Made by a program: the position numbers and the translations under genes. 38,686 bases of DNA, from positions 1 through 38,686 of the forward strand of contig JAZQYT010000012.1 of assembly GCA_045633665.1 (NCBI GenBank). Direction: 5' to 3'. The stretch is from Eubacteriales bacterium. GTDB lineage: Bacteria; Bacillota; Clostridia; Oscillospirales; CAG-272. Each line of letters starts with the position of its first letter. Positions within the stretch are counted from its first letter, which is position 1. Positions 7,771 through 14,784 of the stretch are shown piece by piece. The notes under the pieces are model-generated. The model made no database searches. It was not told the origin of the DNA and worked only from the letters and a program-made list of their open reading frames with translations.

Positions 7771-9228
7771 TCAATCTCCCTGATAGGTTTCCAGGATGCG
7801 GTTGATATCCTTTTCCATGGTCTTGTCCTTGACTCTCTTGATCGCGCTTGCAACCGAATCGGTCTTTGCATCAAGACAGGTTTGGAACAACACGGCGCAG
7901 GGATATGCCTTGCTGAAGAAATGCGCGTAGCCAAAGTCGAATACTCTGTTACGGATGATAATATCCACCATCTCTGCAGATTCGGGATCGCGCACGTTCT
8001 TGGACTTTGCGACCTTATCATACAGAGTGTCGGTTACCATGTAGTAGGACGACGAGGAAAGCGCCTCCATCATAAAGCCCGTGAAGACCAATCTTTCATC
8101 ACTCAGGCTCTTGGGAACGACGACAACGGATGCCGCGCCGTTTACAAAGCTCATGTAATCCTTCTGCGCGGTGTCATACTTGGGCTGAGGCAGCACACCG
8201 TATTCCTCGGTCATATCCTTGAAGCCGTATTCCGCGTTTGCAATGGTGGTCAGCGAGCAGGAAACAAACAGTGCTCTGCCTTCCGTAAAGACCTTATAGG
8301 CCTCGGTATGAATGCTGACGTCTGTAATGTACAAAGAATCGTTGGTGATAAATGTGGTATACACCTTATCGTAGATGCTCTGGATCTTATTCTGATCCAC
8401 GCTGTACACGGGATAATTATCCGCATCCTTGGTAAAGAAGGATGCGCCCGAGCCAAAGAAGAAATTGAACGGGCCTGCAAGGTGCCAGCTGGTCATACCG
8501 TAATAATCGTTTTGAAACTCGATCTTGCCGTCACCGTTGACGTCCTTGGTCTGATCCTTGGTCAGCGCGTTCAGCTCGTCCAAAGTCCATACGCCATCTC
8601 TTGCCAGCTCATAAGGATACTCCATCGAACGGTCGTCAAAATGATCCTTATTAAAGGCAAGGCAGGCGGAATACAGCATAGTGTGCGGCAGAAGGTCGCC
8701 CACGGCTAAGAATCTGTGATTGCCGATGGTAAAGCCCTCGTTTGCGTCCTGGTCCCACCATTGCTTGTCAAAATCAACGTATTCAAGGTCGATCAGGTCA
8801 ATCAAAAGGCCGTTGACTGCCAGATTGGTTGCTGCGTTTACCATGTGCTGGTAAACCAGATCATATTCACCGCTGTTGGAGTTGACGTCCTTGGACACTC
8901 TGTCACCGATCAGCGTATATTCGGTTTCCAGAATGGTATTGATGGTAATACCGTAGGTGGCCTCCAGCTTATCATTTCTTCTGTAGATCGCATCCTCCAA
9001 AGGATCGGTGGACGCCTCTTCTGAGCCTGCATCCATTTCGCGGTTGGCAAGAATGGTAAAGCTATTGCCCGTGAAAAGATCGGTTTCGGTGAGTGCGGGG
9101 CTTACCCAGTTCTCTTCCTCTGTTGCGCCTGTGGTGGACTCCTGCTCGTGGCTGCCGTTTTCGGCACAGCCGGAAAGGACGGACAGAAGCATCAGGCCGC
9201 TCAGAAGAATGACGAGAATATTTTTCAT
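7771..9228 (-). CDS. Extracellular solute-binding lipoprotein of an ABC transporter (family-1 type, ~485 aa); no cognate permease or ATPase in this window
   Basis: Lipoprotein signal MKNILVILLSGLMLLSVLSGC (LSGC lipobox). Size and composition are typical of large sugar-binding SBPs. I place the start at the ATG at 9226-9228 (AGGAG 7 nt upstream) rather than the ORF-track start at 9252. Confidence 0.8.
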   Translation of the reverse strand: MKNILVILLSGLMLLSVLSGCAENGSHEQESTTGATEEENWVSPALTETDLFTGNSFTILANREMDAGSEEASTDPLEDAIYRRNDKLEATYGITINTILETEYTLIGDRVSKDVNSNSGEYDLVYQHMVNAATNLAVNGLLIDLIDLEYVDFDKQWWDQDANEGFTIGNHRFLAVGDLLPHTMLYSACLAFNKDHFDDRSMEYPYELARDGVWTLDELNALTKDQTKDVNGDGKIEFQNDYYGMTSWHLAGPFNFFFGSGASFFTKDADNYPVYSVDQNKIQSIYDKVYTTFITNDSLYITDVSIHTEAYKVFTEGRALFVSCSLTTIANAEYGFKDMTEEYGVLPQPKYDTAQKDYMSFVNGAASVVVVPKSLSDERLVFTGFMMEALSSSSYYMVTDTLYDKVAKSKNVRDPESAEMVDIIIRNRVFDFGYAHFFSKAYPCAVLFQTCLDAKTDSVASAIKRVKDKTMEKDINRILETYQGD

Positions 9229-9286
9229 GCGCTTTCTCCTTTGATAAATCATATTTCGTGATACTGCTCAATCATAATGGTACGTT

Positions 9287-9315
9287 ATTATACCACGGCT
9301 GACAGATCTTGTCAA
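9287..9315 (-). promoter_or_regulatory. SigA-type promoter of the SBP gene: TTGACA-17-TGgTATAAT (exact consensus plus extended -10)
   Basis: The plus strand reads tgtcaa at 9310-9315 and attata at 9287-9292, with a 17-nt spacer. Confidence 0.75.
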
Positions 9316-9363
9316 TAGATACGCAGCCGCATTTTAACAATCTCCGAGTCTTACGCGCCATGG

Positions 9364-9398
9364 GTGACAAAAGCCGCGCGTCAAAGGACGCGCGGCTC
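9364..9398 (-). terminator. Rho-independent terminator ending the pilus/adhesin transcription unit
   Basis: AGCCGCGCGTC-loop-GACGCGCGGCT forms an 11-bp stem (9372-9397), followed on the minus strand by TTTTGTC. It is the first such structure I see downstream of the promoter at 25161-25189. Confidence 0.8.
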
Positions 9399-9420
9399 AA
9401 ACGTCAAATATGATCGGCCT

Positions 9421-12400
9421 TTACTTTCTCACAACTTTTCTTCTGCCAAGAACGATTGCAATGATCACACCGACCACGACGATCAACGATGCGGTGATCA
9501 CGCCAACCATGACCTCAGCACCCGTGCCGCCCTCAACCTCCTTGAAGGTGGTTGTGACAATGACGTCGCCCTTGGGCATGATGAACGAATACACACCGTC
9601 GGTCTGCTCGACTTTGAGTGCTTGACCGTTGCATTCGACCGTGACCGTATCCAGGTGATAGCCTTCATCGGGATCGGGTGTAAAGGTGATCACTTCACCG
9701 TCATACGCCTCGCCCACAACGTCAAAGACGCCGTTTTGCGGTGTCGTACCCGTAATACGGTACTTGTCCTTGATCACGAAGGTAGAGAAATCCATGGTGG
9801 AGAACACCAGATAACCGTTCTCATACACAGCGTCGATCTTGGTCAGCGTGCCGTCATCCTCAACGTGGAAGACGTCTGCCGCATAGGCAACGGTGTAAGG
9901 CATTCTGACAGTCAGCTTGTCAACCAAGTAGTCGACGTGGTCGCCCTTCTCATCCAAAATGTCGATCTTGTACGCTACGCGATCCTCATACGTCACGCGC
10001 TCCATACGGACGGTTGCAATGCCGCTGCCCATATGGTAAACTGCATCGATCTGGTTTTTTGGGAATTCCAGCACGGCATCGCCAAGGCGCACGACCAACT
10101 TTTCCGCCTTCCCTTCCCCGGCCTTTTGGAAGACCTTGGAAAGATCCACCTCGATCGCGTTCAGAATCAGCTCAAATACGTCTCCCTCGTTCCCCTTGAT
10201 CTCACCATGCTCTCCATCGGGCGTGGGGGCCAAGGGAACTGCATCAAAGCGTGCGGTATAGGTCACCGCGCTGCCATCCACCGCAGCAAGCGGTATATCC
10301 CAACCCGCAAACACGTACGTGTAGCGGGAATCATCGGGTGCGGTGGGTGTATCGTAAGGATACTGCGGTACCGAGCCGTACTCGAAATCGGACGTGACCT
10401 CCGTATCACCCACGACAAACTTAATGGGATATTTACGAAGCGTGCTGCCAAAGCGTGCGGTATACTTTGCAGGGCCGCTGACAGGCTCGATCTCCTGATC
10501 CCAGTCGATAAAGAAATAGTCGTTTTGAATATCGGATTGCTTTTTGGGGAACTCTGCGTACTCGGGCATAGCCCCGTATTCCATCATCTGCGAATACAGC
10601 ACGCTGCCGTCATCCATCAAAAATTCCACTAAATAGCTGCGCAAATGCGCGTCAAAGCTTGCCGTGTAGGTCGCATCCCCTACAACAGTTGTAAATTCCT
10701 TGTCCCAGCCAGCAAACGTGTACTCAAACTGAGCAGTCGTTTCCTTGCTCGGAATATCGTCGGGGGTATCCCCGTACACGGGCATATCACCGTACAGGTA
10801 GGTCTTGGTGATGCTTTCACCCTCCACGATCCAGGTTACGGTGTAAGAATTGAGCGTTGCATCAAATTCCGCATAGAAGGTCATGGACTCTGTCAGCCGC
10901 GGGAACTGACTGCCGTCGGTATAGAGATTCCCTTGCGCATCCGACCAGCCCTTGAAGGTGTAGGAATATTGCACCGTGGGTTCCTTATAGGGCGTGGAAA
11001 GCATAGACACCGCATCGGTCAGATTCCAAGCATAGTTATAATCTCTTTGCAGATATACGCCGCCCTCTACCATAAAGGTCACGGTATATCTTCTGATGGT
11101 CGCGCTGTACTGCGCTGTGTATACCACGTCCTCGGTGACGGGCAGAACCGTTTTATTCCAGCCGACGAAGGCATAATCGTACTCGTCGGTGGAAGCCTTT
11201 TCGGTCGGGCCCTCATACACGGGGATCTGCCCGTGTACCCATTCTTGCGTGGTGGTATGCCCACCCACGATCCAGGTCACGGTGTGGGTTCTGGGAAGCG
11301 CGTTATAAGAAGCGTACGCATAAACGTCCTGCGTGATACAGGAAAGATCGATGGGCATTCCATCCCTGTCAACCCAGCCTGCAAATTCATAGATTTTGTC
11401 ATCCTTGGGAGGCTTGGTGGGAATTCCGACCTCTTCGGGAACACTCACGCCTTCCCCGGAATGTACACCGTGCGTGCTGCCAAGATAGGTTTCCTCATCG
11501 TCCGTGTTATAGAAATGCACGAAGAAGCGGCGGTCGTTCTCGTCCAAGCTGGCCGAGAACTTGGAGGTCGCGCTCAGACGATAGATCTGATTGGACGAAA
11601 ATTCCGCTCTGGGAACGATCTCTCCCAGCAGATATGCCTGATAAAAGCTTTGCGTCAGCGCATCCCAGCCAAGTGTAGGAGGTGTGCCGGGATGGTGCAG
11701 CGGCCCCTTGGGAGGCTGCGGCATTTCCATCACACCGGGATCTTGCATACCCTCGGGAATTTCGGAAGCGTTGCCGACTGCAGTAAACGTCGGCATTTTG
11801 ATAACGCCAGGCTCTTCCAGCTTGACCGGAGGAGCGATAGGCTGCTTGGTAACCTCATAGGACTCGGGATCCACGGGAGCCACGGGCCACGCGGCAAACG
11901 GCTCTGCCTTGTTGGTATCGGTCGCAGGTCTTACCTCGGGGGATACCAGATCGCGCACGGTCTTATGGCCGCGGTCATCTACAATGGTATTATCCTTGAG
12001 CCTCAAGGTATCGTCGAATACGTGGCTGTATACGTGAAGCGATCCAAGCATACGCACCATGGTATCGAGGTACTGCGGACGCTCTGCCATCAGGATATTA
12101 TAGAAGGTATTGTTATTATACAGCTTCTTGATATTGACGTAAAGCTGATTCAGATGCTTGACAAAGGAGGCGTATTCCTTGATATAGAATTCATAGATCT
12201 CTTGGTCTGTCTCCAGATCCTGGTAGATCTTGCAAAATCTCTGAATGGCTCTGGTTGATTGAACCACAGCATCCACCGTGCTTTTTTCCAGCTTTGCGAA
12301 TTCATCATATCGCTCCTCGATGACAGTACCGATACGGTCGTCGATCATCATCTCAACAAAGGAAATGCCCGAAACGGGATCCTCGATCTCCATCAAGGAA

Positions 12401-13323
12401 AGCAGATATAGCTGATATTCCGCGGTTGCCATGCTGCTCTGATAAGCCTTGTCCAGTCCCGGATAGGTTGCCTTGTAGGCCTGATACTCATTGAACTTTA
12501 CGCAATTCGCATCATACGTATCCCATTCCTGCTTGTTGGCAAGATATTCGGCAAGCTCCTGCTCGTAAACCTTCATCTTGGCAAGATAATCCTGATATGC
12601 TAAGTAATCGTTGTACAGCGCGACAAGATCCATATGATCTCTGTAGGCGTCCTTAGCCGTGTCGTATACCAGCCATTCATTGCGATTCTGCTCGTATGCG
12701 GCCAAGGCTTCCTGGTACACGATCTGCTTATGCTCGTACGCAGCAAGCTCATCATCCAGAATCAACGCACCGTCAAATGCAAAATTGACGAATTCATTCA
12801 AGGTCTCTGCAGAAAGCATCAGATCTGCGCTGTATTCGATGGTCATGGACACGTCTGTCGTCCATTCCACGTCCTCAAATACCGCACGGTAGTAGTTCTC
12901 TCCCACGTCGGGAGCAGGCGCAAATTCTGCAGTTTTTTCACCAATGGTGACGTAATCGGGCGTCCAAAACACGTCTTGGCCGTTTTCCGCTTCGTAGTAA
13001 TCGTCCATGACGATCACGCTCAGACGGTAATTCTCTCCATCATAGTCAACCGTAGGGGCAGAAAACATAGGCTTTGTATAATACAAAACGTTCTGCCCGT
13101 TAAATTTGTAGCGGATGAAATCTTTCTCTTCGTCGGAAATCTCCTGGCCGGTCAACTGCTCCAGTATCTGGCCCATATAGATAATTCCCGCCTTTTTTCG
13201 ATCCATGCTGTAGTTCAGGTCGTCAAAATCTACAGCCCGAGGCGCTGCCGTTTGCGCGCCTACGGTGATCATCATCCCCGCCAACAGTAAACAAGCTGTT
13301 AAAATAACAACTATTTTTCTCAT
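9421..13323 (-). CDS. Large cell-surface protein (1300 aa): Sec signal, Tyr-rich helical region, Pro-rich linker, six InlB B-repeat (Listeria-Bacteroides repeat) units, one divergent B-repeat, C-terminal TM anchor
   Basis: Signal MRKIVVILTACLLLAGMMITVGA/QTA. Six units follow the pattern Y-x-V-x-(F/W)...Y-x-F-x-GW-(D/N/S)...Y-T-A-x-F. The C-terminus is ...GVITASLIVVVGVIIAIVLGRRKVVRK. GGAGG RBS 9 nt upstream. The gene starts 20 nt after the last pilin gene. Confidence 0.9.
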   Translation of the reverse strand: MRKIVVILTACLLLAGMMITVGAQTAAPRAVDFDDLNYSMDRKKAGIIYMGQILEQLTGQEISDEEKDFIRYKFNGQNVLYYTKPMFSAPTVDYDGENYRLSVIVMDDYYEAENGQDVFWTPDYVTIGEKTAEFAPAPDVGENYYRAVFEDVEWTTDVSMTIEYSADLMLSAETLNEFVNFAFDGALILDDELAAYEHKQIVYQEALAAYEQNRNEWLVYDTAKDAYRDHMDLVALYNDYLAYQDYLAKMKVYEQELAEYLANKQEWDTYDANCVKFNEYQAYKATYPGLDKAYQSSMATAEYQLYLLSLMEIEDPVSGISFVEMMIDDRIGTVIEERYDEFAKLEKSTVDAVVQSTRAIQRFCKIYQDLETDQEIYEFYIKEYASFVKHLNQLYVNIKKLYNNNTFYNILMAERPQYLDTMVRMLGSLHVYSHVFDDTLRLKDNTIVDDRGHKTVRDLVSPEVRPATDTNKAEPFAAWPVAPVDPESYEVTKQPIAPPVKLEEPGVIKMPTFTAVGNASEIPEGMQDPGVMEMPQPPKGPLHHPGTPPTLGWDALTQSFYQAYLLGEIVPRAEFSSNQIYRLSATSKFSASLDENDRRFFVHFYNTDDEETYLGSTHGVHSGEGVSVPEEVGIPTKPPKDDKIYEFAGWVDRDGMPIDLSCITQDVYAYASYNALPRTHTVTWIVGGHTTTQEWVHGQIPVYEGPTEKASTDEYDYAFVGWNKTVLPVTEDVVYTAQYSATIRRYTVTFMVEGGVYLQRDYNYAWNLTDAVSMLSTPYKEPTVQYSYTFKGWSDAQGNLYTDGSQFPRLTESMTFYAEFDATLNSYTVTWIVEGESITKTYLYGDMPVYGDTPDDIPSKETTAQFEYTFAGWDKEFTTVVGDATYTASFDAHLRSYLVEFLMDDGSVLYSQMMEYGAMPEYAEFPKKQSDIQNDYFFIDWDQEIEPVSGPAKYTARFGSTLRKYPIKFVVGDTEVTSDFEYGSVPQYPYDTPTAPDDSRYTYVFAGWDIPLAAVDGSAVTYTARFDAVPLAPTPDGEHGEIKGNEGDVFELILNAIEVDLSKVFQKAGEGKAEKLVVRLGDAVLEFPKNQIDAVYHMGSGIATVRMERVTYEDRVAYKIDILDEKGDHVDYLVDKLTVRMPYTVAYAADVFHVEDDGTLTKIDAVYENGYLVFSTMDFSTFVIKDKYRITGTTPQNGVFDVVGEAYDGEVITFTPDPDEGYHLDTVTVECNGQALKVEQTDGVYSFIMPKGDVIVTTTFKEVEGGTGAEVMVGVITASLIVVVGVIIAIVLGRRKVVRK
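10240..11535 (-). repeat. In-frame array of six ~70-75-aa InlB B-repeat units inside the 1300-aa gene (approximate bounds)
   Basis: Units begin RRFFVHFYN, HTVTWIVGG, YTVTFMVEG, YTVTWIVEG, YLVEFLMDD and YPIKFVVGD. Each ends in a ...GW(D/N/S)...Y(T/A)A.F(D/S/G)(A/S) block. Confidence 0.75.
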
Positions 13324-13343
13324 CAGTTAGGTCCTCCAATGCC

Positions 13344-13835
13344 TCATGTGCCACTTTGATCGGCATCATTTTCCGAGGCAGTAATTCTCAGGTGTACGAC
13401 GTGTCCGACACCGTTGAGAGTGTATTTGATAGTTGTGTCGTTGATCTTTTCAAAATAGATCTCACCATCACAAAGCTCGACGGTATTGTACGTCACTTTG
13501 CCGTCCAAAGATTTCAGGGTGTTTACGACACCGTTCTTTATTATTTTGAGTGTCAGATATTCCCCCGTTTGGGTTTCTTCCGCATTTGTTTTCTCATCCT
13601 CCAGAACAAGCGCCGATGCATCTACTTCCCAAAGTCTTTGGTTGATGAACTCCACAGCCGTTTGCTCACGCATCCCGGCAGTAGCACCGCCGCTGACCTT
13701 GGCAGACATACGCGCGCCGGAGATCATAAAGCCGACCACGGCCGCCATGACCACGCTCAATACCGCGATCACAGCAATGACCTCCACAAGCGTCACACCC
13801 TTGTGATTGTTTCTGAGTTTAGTCGTTGGAAGCAT
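13344..13835 (-). CDS. Prepilin-type (class III signal) pilin-like protein, 163 aa
   Basis: MLPTTKLRNNHKG/VTLVEVIAVIAVLSVVMAAV has a Gly at -1, Glu at +5 and a hydrophobic helix. I use the start at 13835 (GGGAGG 9 nt upstream) rather than 13865. Confidence 0.8.
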   Translation of the reverse strand: MLPTTKLRNNHKGVTLVEVIAVIAVLSVVMAAVVGFMISGARMSAKVSGGATAGMREQTAVEFINQRLWEVDASALVLEDEKTNAEETQTGEYLTLKIIKNGVVNTLKSLDGKVTYNTVELCDGEIYFEKINDTTIKYTLNGVGHVVHLRITASENDADQSGT

Positions 13836-14367
13836 TGTACGATACCTCCCAACTTGTAAATTCATTGTTTTCCATACTTACGGTGATTGCAACATTTTCA
13901 TTGTAAACCGTAAATGTCAATACAGAGCCGTTCTCGTTAATATCGCGTACACGAACACCGCACAGCGAGGCTGCGCTTCTGATAATACTCAGCTTAACCT
14001 GCTGCTCATTATCGCCTACCCCATTTTCTTCATTGACTACACCTTCACTATTATCTTCAGCGTCTTCATCAGGAATAGGCTCTTCCGGAGTGGCAGCTTC
14101 AGTAGTGGTGGCTTCCGTGGTGGATTCTTCAGTAGTAGCGGCTTCAGAATTAGCATTTTCAGCCTTAATCAATTCAATACGGATCATTTCAACCGCAGCA
14201 TCCGCTATGTAATAATTCGCAATATTCTCCTGCTTTTGCACAGCAGCGTGGTAGTGTTGCAGCGACAAGCCCATGGCGATCATAGAGAGTACGCTCAGAA
14301 ACATGATCGCAACAACCACGGCGTAAATCATCTGTCCGCGGTTATCTTTCCAAAACTTCTTTGTCAC
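13819..14367 (-). CDS. PilX/ComGG-like minor pilin-like protein lacking Glu+5 (182 aa)
   Basis: MTKKFWKDNRG/QMIYAVVVAIMFLSVLSMIAMG resembles the RG-x-x-hydrophobic N-termini of ComGG and PilX. A Thr/Glu-rich low-complexity insert is present (ATTEESTTEATTTEAATPEEP). The GTG start overlaps the upstream stop as GTGA. Confidence 0.65.
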   Translation of the reverse strand: MTKKFWKDNRGQMIYAVVVAIMFLSVLSMIAMGLSLQHYHAAVQKQENIANYYIADAAVEMIRIELIKAENANSEAATTEESTTEATTTEAATPEEPIPDEDAEDNSEGVVNEENGVGDNEQQVKLSIIRSAASLCGVRVRDINENGSVLTFTVYNENVAITVSMENNEFTSWEVSYNASND

Positions 14368-14759
14368 GGAGCAATCACCCCCTTCAAAATCAGTTCTTTA
14401 GAGTTAATCTCTTCCCCAGACAAATCAGCTTTATTATTGCCCTCTCCCTTGAATACCCACACTTCAACATAATTCGGATTCACGTGGCATCGATAACCCA
14501 AATGTATGCCATCACTATCTCTATTAAAATCATGCTGAATCATATTCACAACATGATCACTATTTTCGCAGCCTTTCAAGGTTTCCATCAAATTGGCTGC
14601 TGCGGTGTATTCGTCAAAGGTCTGCTTAGCAAGCACGTTGCCGCGCTGGGCTACGACAAAGGAAGAAAGACACGGAACGATCACGATCGCCAACAGCGCG
14701 ACAGTCACCAGCACTTCCACCATGGTCAAGCCTTTGTGATTTTTCAGAAGTTTTCGCAT
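14364..14759 (-). CDS. Prepilin-type pilin-like protein, 131 aa (first pilin gene in the unit)
   Basis: MRKLLKNHKG/LTMVEVLVTVALLAIVIV has Gly at -1 and Glu at +5. It shares the NHKG leader end with the 163-aa pilin. GGAG RBS. Confidence 0.8.
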   Translation of the reverse strand: MRKLLKNHKGLTMVEVLVTVALLAIVIVPCLSSFVVAQRGNVLAKQTFDEYTAAANLMETLKGCENSDHVVNMIQHDFNRDSDGIHLGYRCHVNPNYVEVWVFKGEGNNKADLSGEEINSKELILKGVIAP

Positions 14760-14784
14760 GTCCTTCTCCTTTCTCGAAAAAAAC

